A DNA stretch of 63,796 bases, counting the filler, from Octopus bimaculoides (lineage: Eukaryota), in the NCBI RefSeq assembly GCF_001194135.2. It is 5 parts of 5 records of this genome, joined end to end, with 100 filler letters (N's around TTAATTAATTAA, not from the genome) between each part and the next. Parts side by side here need not be neighbours in the genome. Positions count along the whole stretch, not along the records: positions 1 to 31,063 come from NC_069008.1; 4 more parts are not named here. One strand, given 5' to 3'. Of this stretch, positions 1-12,442 are shown piece after piece. Position numbers and translations under genes: made by a program. The first letter of the stretch is position 1. Each line of letters starts with the position of its first letter. Below the pieces are notes generated by a model. That model was given only the letters and a program-made list of their open reading frames with translations. It searched no databases and was not told where the DNA came from.

Positions 1-42
<42 letters not shown>

Positions 43-422
43 GAGTGTGTATTTGTCTATAACAACTGTTCGTTAAAACATTAATAAATAAGATATAATG
101 AAAATTTAAAAACAACAAATTAAAGTAAAACAACACAAAAATTCAAAAAGTGTGTGTGTGTGTGACAATACCCTGAGAATTACACAAAAGCTGTTACTTT
201 TGAATACTTATGTGTATTTGTGATCACATGAGAGAAAACTTGTGTGGGCATGAATGCATGTCTATGAATATGAATATATTATATATATATATATATAAAC
301 ATATGTATAAAAGTAGCAATGTATATGTGTATATAAATATATTGTGTATTACATAAATATAATATAAATAATCTAATATATATGTAGGTTATATTTTATA
401 CAAATATAATACACAAATATAT

Positions 423-471
<49 letters not shown>

Positions 472-595
472 TACATAACTATAAACATACATATGTGAGT
501 AGATGTGTGTGTGTGTGCGCGCGTGCCCCCACCTGCCTGTTCCTGACCGATTCCTTCAGTCAGACTGTCTCTTGATGTTAACAAATTGCTGTGCC

Positions 596-761
596 TCACC
601 AAACCTCATAGGAAAGGTATTTCTTAAGGAAGGCTGGTATATCTAACCGAGAGATGGAGTCTGGCTGGCCCAGATGGAAGCGCAGAACTCTGCGACACAG
701 GTGCTGGAGCTTGGGCGGTTGGTAGGGTATTGTGTAGAAATAGACATCTCCAGTTCGGGTC
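596..761 (-). CDS. WSB1: WSB1 last coding exon (end of WD region + SOCS box)
   Basis: Acceptor ctcttattacag|g; reads G-TRTGDVYFYTIPYQPPKLQHLCRRVLRFHL...LDIPAFLKKYLSYEVW*. The LQHLCR...IP..LK.YL pattern is a SOCS box. 166 nt, phase matches the upstream exon end. Confidence 0.93.
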
Positions 762-1000
762 CTGTAATAAGAGAGACAGAATGAGCTATATATATATATA
801 TATATATAAAAATTTATACACACACACAAATACACCTATATACACATACATACATACATGTGTGTGTATGTGTGTAGTAATAATAATAATAATAAATTTA
901 CAAATATTTAATGCATCACTACTTGCAATTTGATCCAAGTAATATTATTATTATTATTACAACTATATTTACCCCACTGGAATAATGTTTGCCTCTCAAA

Positions 1001-1284
1001 CACCTCTTTCATGGGGCCGAAGAGATGATAGTCCAGTGACGAGGAAGTGAAAACTGTAGTGAAGAATTGGCTCAAAGAACAGTCAACAGAATTTTATGGA
1101 GCAGGGAATACATGCTCTCATTTGAAGGTGGAACATTGCTATTGAGAGAAACGGTGACTATGTTGAGAAGTAGGGATGTGATCCACAGAGGACCAGCTTC
1201 ATTTTGATGTATGATACATGTTCCTGGGTTGGTAATTACACCTGTCCTAAACAAAATGGCATTACTTTTTGACTCACCCTCGTA
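1001..1284 (+). mobile_element. Mariner 3' remnant with terminal inverted repeat
   Basis: SDEEVKTVVKNWLKEQSTEFYGAGIHALI*RWNIAIERNGDYVEK* is a mariner C-terminus; ends ...ttactttttgactcaccctcg|ta. Confidence 0.85.
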
Positions 1285-1305
1285 TATATACATGTATATA
1301 TATGC

Positions 1306-1366
<61 letters not shown>

Positions 1367-1394
1367 TTTATATATATAAATGCATATATGTATG

Positions 1395-1650
1395 TATGAC
1401 TGGTTCCCTGTACAGGTGGCACGTAAAAAAGCACCATCCAAACGCAGTCGATGCCAGGGCTACCCGACTGGCTCCTGTACCAGTGGCACGTAAAAAGCAC
1501 CCACTACACACTCAGAGTGGTTGGCGTTAGGAAGGGCATCCAGCTGTAGAAACTCTGCCAGATCACATTGGAGCCTGGTGCAGCCACTGGCTCTCCAGAC
1601 CTCAGTCAAATCGTCCAACCCATGCGAGCATGGAAAACAGACGTTATACG
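1395..1650 (+). mobile_element. Short retroposon family usually ending in (GAT)n (copies at about 11880-12000, 12685-12860, 13140-13250, 25850-26085, 28140-28200)
   Basis: Shared gtggttggcgttaggaagggcatccagctgtagaaactctgcc and tcaaatcgtccaaccc..atgc..gcatggaaa motifs. Confidence 0.75.
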
Positions 1651-2165
1651 ATGTGGGTTTTTTTCCCCAGTTCATTGAAGGCCAACAGGACACGTATCAG
1701 GAAGTAAAGCATGATAGCTGACAGCAGGATTTGAAACCCTCTTCACCCCATGGTCTGAGGAGAGTTTCAAACGACTCAACTGATCTGGCTCTGTTTAATC
1801 GTTAGCAATACATTATATCTTTTTGCTTGGTGGTGGGCATGGTAGTGGTGTCAGGAGCAATAGTGTTGGTGGTGGGTACGGTGGTGCTGAAGGTGGTGAC
1901 AATGATGATAACTGTGATGGCAGTGACACTGCTGGTGATAATCACGACGGCAGTTGTGACAGTGGTGGTGGCGAAGTGGGTGTTGGTTGTAGTGGCAATG
2001 AAGAAAGTGGGGTGGTGGTGGGGGGTGGGTGGCGGTGTGAGTGATGACAAAGATGACGACACCGAGTTAGAACAAAGTGAAAAAAAAAAAAGGTCAATAA
2101 GGAATTCTTGTGGCAACACAGAGAAAGAAACACTGACCAAAGCTTTCAGATTCTACAGAACTTAC

Positions 2166-2177
2166 CCCACGGATACC
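2166..2177 (-). CDS. WSB1: WSB1 penultimate exon, only the 3' tip visible (rest in gap 2178-2390)
   Basis: gta tcc gtg gg|gtaagt (VSVG, phase 2) fits the last exon and the expected 'VLAAG' position. Confidence 0.7.
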
Positions 2178-2705
2178 NNNNNNNNNNNNNNNNNNNNNNN
2201 NNNNNNNNNNNNNNNNNNNNNNNNNNNNNNNNNNNNNNNNNNNNNNNNNNNNNNNNNNNNNNNNNNNNNNNNNNNNNNNNNNNNNNNNNNNNNNNNNNNN
2301 NNNNNNNNNNNNNNNNNNNNNNNNNNNNNNNNNNNNNNNNNNNNNNNNNNNNNNNNNNNNNNNNNNNNNNNNNNNNNNNNNNNNNNNNNNATTATATAGA
2401 ATTTGTTTCTTTTTATGTCCGTTTTCCCACGCTGGCATGGGTTAGAGTAGTATTTCTCAAACAAGTTTTTCCCCTTCGATTCCTATTTTGCTTAGATGGA
2501 CCCTAATACTCAGTCAGTGTTTAAAAAAATCCTATTATTGGATTTTCATATTTAAATTTTATTAGAAATTGTATAAAAGAAAATAGTTTTAAATACATTT
2601 TGTGCATAGATGCAGACATCTGTGTGAGTGACTAGAGGCCCTCCCCTAAAATTTCAGACCTTCCGTCTATAATAGAAAGACATTATTATTATTATTATTA
2701 CTATA

Positions 2706-3150
2706 AAGGCAGTGAGCTGGCAGAATTGCTAGCATACCAGGCGAAATGCTTAGAGGTATTTCGTCTACTGCTACATTCTGAGTTCAAATCCTGCTGAGGT
2801 CAACTTTTCCTTTCATCCTTTCGGGGTCGATAAATTAAGTACCAGTGAAACACTGGGGTCAATGTAACCAACCTATCTCCACCCACAAAATTTCAGGCCT
2901 TGTGCTTAGAGTAGAAAGGATAATTATTATTTTTCGTATATTATTATTATTATTATTAACATGGTAAGCTGGCAGAATCGTTAGCATACTGGGCAAAATG
3001 CTCAATGGTATTTCGCCTGTCACTCAGTTTTGAGTTCAAATTCCACTGAGGTCGACAAATCAAGCACCAATTGTGTACTGGGGTTGATGTAATCGACTAG
3101 TGCCCTCCACCAAAATTTCAGGCCTTCTGCCCATAGCAAAAAGACACCAT
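2706..3150 (+). mobile_element. Two tandem tRNA-derived SINE copies (family A; further copies at about 8835-9023, 19400-19600, 24145-24305, 42750-42930, 49330-49545)
   Basis: Head ggc.gtgagctggcagaa, B-box-like gagttcaaatcc, central ctttcatcctttcggggtcgataaa, (ATT)n tail. Confidence 0.8.
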
Positions 3151-3199
3151 TATTATTATTATCATTATTATTATTAATACAATAAAAAACATCACTCAC

Positions 3200-3313
3200 C
3201 CATCATCAGCAACAGTCGATATGTTGGTTCCAAAATCACAGAATGCAACAGATCTGACATGATACTCATTTGCTCCACCAGCAAATATTGGCCGGGGGGC
3301 TGGAAACAGGTGT
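3200..3313 (-). CDS. WSB1: WSB1 internal exon
   Basis: cag|a cac ctg...gat gg|gtgagt; HLFPAPRPIFAGGANEYHVRSVAF...VADDG matches the WSB1 signature HLFPPPTPIFAGGAND. Confidence 0.95.
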
Positions 3314-4296
3314 CTGGTGAGGGGAAAAGAGAGAGAGAGAGAGAAAGAGAGAGAAGAAAATAGACATTGACAAATATCAACATGGAAGAGAGACGGCTGC
3401 TAAATGATGATAAACAAAGTCACTGGGTTCTGTCATCGGAGATCGTAAGTCTCCTTGGTCACATGTTCATGCCATGATGTGGAGGTGCATGGCTTAATGG
3501 TTAAGGTGTTGGACTCATGATCGTAAGAGTGTGTTTTTGATTCCTGGACTGGGTGATGCATTGGGTTCTTGAGCAAGACACTTCATTTCACGTTGCTCCA
3601 GTCCACTCAGACGGCAAAAATGAGTTAATCCTGTGATGGACCAGTCTCTCGTTCGGGTGGAGAATGTATAGCCCATCAAACCGGCCCTTATAAGTTGGTT
3701 TGACCCGTGAAGGTAAGGTAGCTGTACTTTTACCACCTGGACAGGACACCAGTCCATCGCAGGTATGATTAATTATTGCCACCTGGGTCAACTGAAGCAA
3801 TGAGAGATGAAGTGTTTTGTTCAAGAACACAACACATCACCTGAACCTCAAAACCACAATCTTACAATCATGAATCCAACACTCTAACAACTAAGCCATG
3901 CTCTGCCACAATATGAGAACCCAGAGGTTCTCATGAGGGCTCAAAACACACCACATTATTCCACAAAGAGCATACGGCTGGTTCTCCAGATTCTCTGGCG
4001 TAGGACGCCAGTCTGTCGCAGGATTAATTCACTTTTGCCAGCTGAGTGGACTGGTGCAACGTGAAATGAAGTGTTTTGCTCAAGAACACAACGCGTCGCC
4101 CGGTCCAGGAATCGAAACCACAATCTTATGATCATGAGTCCAACACCCTAACCACCAAGCCAGGTGGGGAATATATATGCCAGAGAATCAAAGGGACCAG
4201 CCCTATGCTCCTTACGAACTGACATAAACTAACCATGATGTATGTCCAGCTCTGGGGAACATACCATGATGTTTATGCTAAGTTTTGGTTCTATTC

Positions 4297-4484
4297 CAGT
4301 GCTTCCGCAACCCTTTTCCATTTGCGGTCCACGTACATTCTTTTCGAAATTCAGCCACACACCTGAACTAAAAATATAACTAAAAGGAGAGGAAAAAAAA
4401 GTTATATTCAAGTTACACTGTGGCACACGTCGCATCATCTCGTGGCACACCAGTGTGTCGCAATATATTGGTTGCGGAGCACTG
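4297..4484. mobile_element. hAT-type MITE
   Basis: TIRs cagtgcttccgcaacc / ggttgcggagcactg; flanks ttctattc / ttctatga look like a degenerate 8-bp TSD. Confidence 0.8.
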
Positions 4485-4970
4485 TTCTATGACAACGATA
4501 ATCTTTGCACATAGTCTGAAGAAAGCCAGCCTTGTTAACTTTCAGGTGTGTGATTGCCAGATGTTGTGGAGTTTATTACAGGTACCTCAGCCCTGCCCCT
4601 TGTATTTCAAGGAGTCTTATTGTCAGCAATGTAGGACCCAGGGTACCTGAAATCACTGACCTCTCTTGAGTTATGTACCAATCATTGGAACAAATTGCCT
4701 GGTGTCTTTCTTCCTCATTGATGGTTATATTATCAGTCTTCTTTGCACAGAGAAACAGATCAACTTGGCTGCAGCATTTTCCCCCATGATTTGAAAATGG
4801 TGCCACAAAGAGAAAATCACAAAAAAATGCAGTCTCACACACACAATGCATAGAAATAAGAGGAGATGGTCACTGCTGGAAAGCCTTTGATGATAGTTCC
4901 ACCAATCAAGGTTGACCAGGGCCTAAAGAACAGCAACTTCATGCATCGTCACCACTACCAACTGACTTAC

Positions 4971-5152
4971 CCCAACTGTCTGAGACAGACTCCCTTGTAC
5001 CAATTCCAGATGATGACTCGTGTGTCGTAGGATGCTGTGGCCAATAGAGCGCCATCTGGCGAGAAGTCGCAGGACACAACAACGTTTTGGTGACCGCATA
5101 ACTTACGGACGGGATCAAATCTTTTACTTTTGGAGGTTTGACAGATAACAAC
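4971..5152 (-). CDS. WSB1: WSB1 WD40 exon
   Basis: ttccacag|gtt...ttg gg|gtaagt; RKLCGHQNVVVSCDFSPDGALLATASYDTRVIIW closely matches WSB1. Confidence 0.95.
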
Positions 5153-5445
5153 CTGTGGAAACAAGGAAAAAAAAAAGACACGTCAAAAAAAGACTGAGGC
5201 AGACGGCACTGTTGATTGCTGGGGGAGCCAGGGTGCCACCAAGTAACTTGCAAGACAAAGATCTTTTGAGAAGAAGAGTGGTGTTGAAGGAGGTGGTTTT
5301 ATCCCAGGAGAAGTTAGAGTATGACAGTGGGACAGAAAAAAAGGGGTTTTGCTGTAAAAGAGACATGGCAATTACATCAGAGGGAATAAATCGCACTCTG
5401 CTTAAAACTTGTCTTAAAAAAGTGAACAAACTCTTTGGCCAACCC

Positions 5446-5830
5446 AGGCATGGCTGCGTAGTAAGAAACTTGCTTCCTAACCACATGGTTGTGGGTTCAG
5501 TCCCGCCTTGGGTAAATGCCTTGTACTATAGTTTGGGGCCAACCAAAACCTTGTGAGTGGATTTGGTAAATGGAAACTGAAAGAAGCCCATTGTATATAT
5601 GTATATATCTAAATGTGTCTGAGTTTGTCCTCTCACCATCACTGCTTGACAACCGGTGCTGGTGAGTTTATATCCCTGTAACTTAGCAGTTTGGCAAAAG
5701 AGACCAATAGAATAAGTACCAGCTCTAAGAAATAAGTCCTGGGGTTGATTTATTCGACTGATAACCCTCTAAGGCAGTGCTCCAGCATGGCCACAGTCAA
5801 AATAACTGAAACAAGTAAAAGAATAAAAGA
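5446..5830 (+). mobile_element. tRNA-derived SINE with internal microsatellite (family C; related copies at about 6290, 7235, 8095, 13640, 28660, 36140, 38650, 41750, 43940)
   Basis: tRNA-like head ggttcagtccc, gaaactgaaagaagccc, 3' gtgctccagcatggcc.cagtc..actgaaacaagtaaaagaata. Confidence 0.8.
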
Positions 5831-6469
5831 ATATGTGTATATATATAAACACACACACACACACACAGAGTAAAATGTGGGCCAAAAACCAGGACACACA
5901 GACAGATATTTAAATGTCTTTTTATATTACTTTATAAGGTTAAAAACAACATTGATAAGAATAGAAAAACAAAAATAAACCTCCACATGATTGTTAGACC
6001 TGCTAAAAATAGAAACCAAATCACCTTCAAATCACACCTGATTGCTTTATGTATGAGTTTGTGAGAGAGACCTCTACATGGTAGTTAGACTTGCTAGAAA
6101 TAGAAGCCAAATCTCCTTCAAATCATACTCTACTGCTTTATGTATGTTTGAGCTAATGAGGGAAACCTATATACGGTAGTAAGGATTGGTAGAAATAGCA
6201 GCCAAATCTCCCTCAAATCACACCATACTGTCTTAAATATGATACAAAGGTGCAGGGAGAAAATATATAATATATAAGTACAAATGAGGTTTTAGGGTAA
6301 TAAGCTTGCTTCCCAACCATATGGTTCCAGGTTCAGTCCCACTTTGGCACCTTTGGGGAGTGTTTTCTACTATAGCCTAGGGTTTGTCAGTGGATTTAGT
6401 TGACAGAAACTGAAAGAAGCCTTTCGTGTATGTATGTATATATCTTATGATATTTACTTTACTTTATAT

Positions 6470-6685
6470 TATACTCATTTATTATGCTTTTAATTATTAA
6501 TTTTTCTATATGTGATAGTGGATTTTCATTGATGAGTTCTTGAAATTGGTTATTTTCCCTAAAACTATATATTTTATATATACTTTATCTATAAGGCTCA
6601 ATTTAATTTTAATTTTTTATAAATTGATTTTAATTGCGTTTTTTACCTGTAATTTTGGATTTTGTCCCTAATATTATTATTATTA
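6470..6685. repeat. AT-rich dispersed repeat; reverse-complement relative at about 50915-51110
   Basis: ggattttcattgatgagttcttgaaattgg versus ccaaatttcaagaactcatccatgaaaatcc; ttttttacctgtaa versus ttacaggtaaaaa. Confidence 0.7.
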
Positions 6686-8661
6686 TNNNNNNNNNNNNNN
6701 NNNNNNNNNNNNNNNNNNNNNNNNNNNNNNNNNNNNNNNNNNNNNNNNNNNNNNNNNNNNNNNNNNNNNNNNNNNNNNNNNNNNNNNNNNNNNNNNNNNN
6801 NNNNNNNNNNNNNNNNNNNNNNNNNNNNNNNNNNNNNNNNNNNNNNNNNNNNNNNNNNNNNNNNNNNNNNNNNNNNNNNNNNNNNNNNNNNNNNNNNNNN
6901 NNNNNNNNNNNNNNNNNNNNNNNNNNNNNNNNNNNNNNNNNNNNNNNNNNNNNNNNNNNNNNNNNNNNNNNNNNNNNNNNNNNNNNNNNNNNNNNNNNNN
7001 NNNNNNNNNNNNNNNNNNNNNNNNNNNNNNNNNNNNNNNNNNNNNNNNNNNNNNNNNNNNNNNNNNNNNNNNNNNNNNNNNNNNNNNNNNNNNNNNNNNN
7101 NNNNNNNNNNNNNNNNNNNNNNNNNNNNNNNNNNNNNNNNNNNNNNNNNNNNCCTACATCTCAAATTTCAATAAAATCGGATCAATAATGAAAAAATTAT
7201 GGCAAAAAATATGAAGTCTATTGATTTTATAAAAACCACTCTTTTACTTGTTTCAGTCATTTGACTGCGGACATGCATCAGTTGTCAAGCGATGTTGGGG
7301 GGACAAGCACAGACACACAAACACACACATATATATACATATATACGTAAACATACATATACGACGGGCTTCTTTCAGTTTCTGTCTACCAAATCCACTC
7401 ACAAGGCTTTGGTCAGCGCAAGGCTATAGTAGAAGACACTTGCCCAAGGTGTCACGCAGTGGGACTGAATCCGGAACCAAGTGGTTGGTAAGCTAGCTAC
7501 TTACCACACAGCCACTCCTGTGCATACAAATCAATTTGGGAGAAGTAAGACTTACATAAATGTATAAACAGCAAAAGTTCAACATTAAAAAAAAAAAAAC
7601 GAACAATAGGAAGTAAGAAATAAAAACCTNNNNNNNNNNNNNNNNNNNNNNNNNNNNNNNNNNNNNNNNNNNNNNNNNNNNNNNNNNNNNNNNNNNNNNN
7701 NNNNNNNNNNNNNNNNNNNNNNNNNNNNNNNNNNNNNNNNNNNNNNNNNNNNNNNNNNNNNNNNNNNNNNNNNNNNNNNNNNNNNNNNNNNNNNNNNNNN
7801 NNNNNNNNNNNNNNNNNNNNNNNNNNNNNNNNNNNNNNNNNNNNNNNNNNNNNNNNNNNNNNNNNNNNNNNNNNNNNNNNNNNNNNNNNNNNNNNNNNNN
7901 NNNNNNNNNNNNNNNNNNNNNNNNNNNNNNNNNNNNNNNNNNNNNNNNNNNNNNNNNNNNNNNNNNNNNNNNNNNNNNNNNNNNNNNNNNNNNNNNNNNN
8001 NNNNNNNNNNNNNNNNNNNNNNNNNNNNNNNNNNNNNNNNNNNNNNNNNNNNNNNNNNNNNNNNNNNNNNNNNNNNNNNNNNNNNNNNTATACATACATA
8101 TATACGACGGGCTTCTTTCAGTTTCCGTCTACCAAATCCACTCACAAGGCTTTGGTCAGCGCAAGGCTATAGTAGAAGACACTTGCCCAAGGTGTCACGC
8201 AGTGGGACTGAATCCGGAACCAAGTGGTTGGTAAGCTAGCTACTTACCACACAGCCACTCCTGTGCATACAAATCAATTTGGGAGAAGTAAGACTTACAT
8301 AAATGTATAAACAGCAAAAGTTCAACATTAAAAAAAAAAAAACGAACAATAGGAAGTAAGAAATAAAAACCTCGTTTAGTTTTGTACAAACAGGTGTGGG
8401 TACACTGTGATTCTTTTGTCTGCAGGAGGCCTTTCTAAAGAAGTGTTTGTGTGTGCATATGTGTACATGGATGTGTGCACACATATGCATGCGGTGTGGA
8501 AACAGTCAAATTGCTACATCATTGTTTGATATTTAATATTTGTTCCATGCCATTCCCAGTCGCTCTATTCTTCTCTAGTCATTAACCCTGTTCTAGCCTT
8601 TGTAACACTTCACCACCAACTCTCTCTCTCTCTTCCTTTCTCTCTCAGTTGGAAAAGAAAA

Positions 8662-8800
<139 letters not shown>

Positions 8801-9027
8801 AAGCATATATTCATTTATAATTTTGGCCCAAAGCCTGCAATTTCTAGAAGAGGGTAAGTCAATTACGCCGACCCCCAGTGCGTAACTAGTACTTATTTTA
8901 TCGACCCGGAAAGGATGAAAGGCAAAGTTGACTCCGGCAGAATTTGAACTCAGAACACAAAGACAAGCAAAATGCTGCTAAGCATTTCGCCCAGCATGCT
9001 AACAGTTTTGGCAGCTTGCTGCCTTAA

Positions 9028-9247
9028 CCCTTTCGTTACCGTATTTATTTTGAGATGCTCTGTTTCTTTCAATTAATTTTAAATATAACAAAGAATTTCG
9101 CAAAATAACTTCGTTATCATTCAGCTAGTGTTAGGAACATAAATTGTGACTAAGGTTTGGTGGAAGATTTTAATTCAAAACTTAGGAAAACAAGACATTT
9201 GTACTATAGAGCCAGAGGTGGTTTCAGTCAGGTTGGTATTGAAAGGG
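9028..9247. mobile_element. piggyBac-type (TTAA) MITE, copy 1
   Basis: TTAA|ccctttcgttacc ... ggtattgaaaggg|TTAA. Confidence 0.8.
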
Positions 9248-9399
9248 TTAAAAACACCTCTACATTTGAGCAGATGGACACAAGAAGCAGTTGGAAGGGT
9301 GTGGATTGAAGGAAATTGAGGCTGTTATTTCTAGCATATAGAGTGACCACATTGAGGTCTCCTTCTCTCATGTCTTCTGCTGATTATTTTTCTTCTCAA

Positions 9400-9621
9400 C
9401 CCTTTTGTTATCCTATTTCTGTTGAGATGCTCTGTGTTTCTTTCAATTAGTTTTAAATATAACAAAGGATTTAGTAAAATAACTTGGTTATCATTAAGCT
9501 AGTGTTAGGAACATAAATTGTGACTAAGGTTTGGAGGAAGATTTTAATTCAGAACTTTTGAAAACAAGACATTTGTTCTACAGAGCCAGAACCGGTTTCA
9601 ACCGGGTTGGTGATGAAAGGG
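9400..9621. mobile_element. piggyBac-type MITE, copy 2 (same family)
   Basis: Colinear with 9028-9247; tcaa|cccttttg ... gatgaaaggg|ttaa. Confidence 0.78.
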
Positions 9622-9848
9622 TTAAAAATGATAATGATTATTATTTCTATTCTAGGTACAAAGCCTTGAAAATTTTGGGGAAAGGGGGCTAGGCCACCGC
9701 CATCACCGCCACCTTTAGCAGAGTTCACTTTTTTGTAAGCCTTCTGGTCAGGTCTCCAAGGTCGCAAGGTTGTGTATAGATCATGGGCAGTGGCGGTGGC
9801 CACGCATGGCTGCAGCCAGTTAAGAGATATGTAAAGAGGACAACTTAC

Positions 9849-10084
9849 CAGTCTGTTGGTGCCAGTTGCAGCGAGGTAGTTGGCTTGCGGAGAGAACTTG
9901 CAACAGTGCACGGTGCTGTGTAGCGGCATCTGAAGTGTGTGGGTCATGTTCCCATCATCGTTGAGGTCCCAGAACTTTAGGGTACCATCATTGGAACCAG
10001 ACAGCAGGATTAAGCTGCCGTCGGGAGCAAAATCAAGGCAACCGACTTGTTTGGTGTGGTCGTGGAGGTAGAGGAGCAGGTGTC
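9849..10084 (-). CDS. WSB1: WSB1 WD40 exon
   Basis: aacag|ga cac...aga ctg|gtaagt; HLLLYLHDHTKQVGCLDFAPDGSLILLSGSNDGTLKFWDLNDDGNM. 236 nt, phases 1 and 0 consistent with neighbours. Confidence 0.95.
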
Positions 10085-10351
10085 CTGTTTTGCAGACGGA
10101 GAGAAGAGGGGCGTGAGAGGGAACGCAGAGACTGACAGAGAAACGACAAAAATAAGCAACAACAACAACAACAGCAGCTGCTATATGAGCAACCACAACA
10201 ACAAAAACAACAGTAACAACAACAACAATACCAACGAAACAGAAACAACTGCAACACCAGCAGCAGTGGTGGTGGTGACAACAGTCAGCAGCAAAACCAT
10301 AGCAATGACATCAACAAACAACATCAACATCAACAACAACAATGTACAAAC

Positions 10352-10400
10352 CACTGTAGGCATTCCACAGCTGGATTCTGCCGGAACTAACTCCGACGGC
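10352..10400 (-). CDS. WSB1: WSB1 exon, 3' part (5' part in gap 10401-10967)
   Basis: AVGVSSGRIQLWNAYS-g|gtttgt, comparable to WSB1 LATGLNNGRIKIWDVYTG; phase 1 matches the next exon. Confidence 0.85.
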
Positions 10401-11966
10401 NNNNNNNNNNNNNNNNNNNNNNNNNNNNNNNNNNNNNNNNNNNNNNNNNNNNNNNNNNNNNNNNNNNNNNNNNNNNNNNNNNNNNNNNNNNNNNNNNNNN
10501 NNNNNNNNNNNNNNNNNNNNNNNNNNNNNNNNNNNNNNNNNNNNNNNNNNNNNNNNNNNNNNNNNNNNNNNNNNNNNNNNNNNNNNNNNNNNNNNNNNNN
10601 NNNNNNNNNNNNNNNNNNNNNNNNNNNNNNNNNNNNNNNNNNNNNNNNNNNNNNNNNNNNNNNNNNNNNNNNNNNNNNNNNNNNNNNNNNNNNNNNNNNN
10701 NNNNNNNNNNNNNNNNNNNNNNNNNNNNNNNNNNNNNNNNNNNNNNNNNNNNNNNNNNNNNNNNNNNNNNNNNNNNNNNNNNNNNNNNNNNNNNNNNNNN
10801 NNNNNNNNNNNNNNNNNNNNNNNNNNNNNNNNNNNNNNNNNNNNNNNNNNNNNNNNNNNNNNNNNNNNNNNNNNNNNNNNNNNNNNNNNNNNNNNNNNNN
10901 NNNNNNNNNNNNNNNNNNNNNNNNNNNNNNNNNNNNNNNNNNNNNNNNNNNNNNNNNNNNNNNNNNNGGGGGGGGGGACTTAGAAGGCCAATGGAAATCA
11001 TTTATTTGCTTTAATCAAACCATTTGTGGTTAGAGTTCAAACCCCACCATAGCCTGTTTGGGTGACAAACTTTAGCATCTAAACCGGCCCTTTATATCGG
11101 GACTGGTCAAATCCAGCCTCTCACGCCTATCCTCCAATGTCGTTCTAAAAATAAACAATCTCAGAATCGAAATCTTGGAGCTGCGAGCTAAAGTATAATT
11201 AATTCGAAACAACGTTAATAATTAAGCTTTACGTTCGACAGGATAATCCCAACGCTAAAAGATTAAAGTAGTTTTTTTTAGTTAAATTTTATTTTCATCT
11301 CTTCCATATTTAAACAGGTCATAGCAGGTTCAAATTTTCTACTTGCTTTCTGTTCAAACCAGTCAGATCTGATCTCCAAAATATACTTTACAATGTCATT
11401 CTAAAAATAAACAATCACATCATTGAAACCATAAAGCTATGAGATAGCGCACGATTAATTCAAAACAATCTGAATAGGGTGAAGGCATGTGGCTTAGTGG
11501 TTTGGGCATTCAGCTCACAGTTGCACGGTTGTGAGTTCAATTCCTGGCTTCACATTGTGTCCTTGGGCAAGACACTTTATTTCATTTTACTGCTTCAGTC
11601 CACTCAGCTGGCAAAAATGAGTTGTACCTGTAATTCAAAGGGGGCCCGCCTTGTCACATTCTGCTGTGTCAGGCTGAATCTCCTCGGGAACTACGTTAAA
11701 GGTACATGTGTCGGTGGAATACTCAGCCACTTGCACATTAATTTCACAAGCAGGCTGTGAAGTTTATGTCAAGAAAAGATGTGTATGCGCTGATTTTTCA
11801 ACAGGGTTAAAAGAATATTTGACGCCAAGTCCGGAAGAAATTTCCGCAAAGTTGTATGGAGGAAAAACCACGCCAAGTCAGACTGGAGCCTGGGGCAGCT
11901 CTCCAGATTGCCTGCCCTGGTCAAATCGTCCAAGCCTATGCCAGCGTAGAAAATGGACGTGTGATG

Positions 11967-11998
<32 letters not shown>

Positions 11999-12273
11999 GA
12001 TGAAATATATCTTGCTCAAGGACACAACATGCTGCTTGGTCCGAAATTTGATCTCACAACCTTTTGAACAAGAGCCCAACAACCTTAACAACTTGGCCAT
12101 ACACCTTCGTTCACTTAGTGAGGAAGGAAATAATGAAACCAGAGAGAGAGAGAGAGAGAGATAGAGTGAGAGATGGAGAGAAAAAGAGAAAAAATAGAGG
12201 GAGAAAGATAGAGATGGGGTGGGAGAGAGAGAGAGAGAGAGAAAACAGGGACAGGAGAGAAGGGTTGACTTAC

Positions 12274-12442
12274 ATTTTGTTGAGTTGAGTGTCCCATGGA
12301 GACAAAACCACATAGCCGTTACCACATGACCAAGCGAAGTATTTGCCATCGGATGACCAGGCAATGGCCTTTGTGGCGACTTTGTTTGCATTCCTTGTGT
12401 TTGTGTGAGGAGACTTGAGTTCGTATGTCAGGTGGGCTTGGA
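12274..12442 (-). CDS. WSB1: WSB1 first clearly homologous exon (first WD repeat)
   Basis: tttgtctttgcag|tc caa...aaa at|gtaagt; AIAWSSDGKYFAWSCGNGYVVLSPW, comparable to VAFAPDGSYFAWSQGHRTVKLVPW. Confidence 0.9.
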
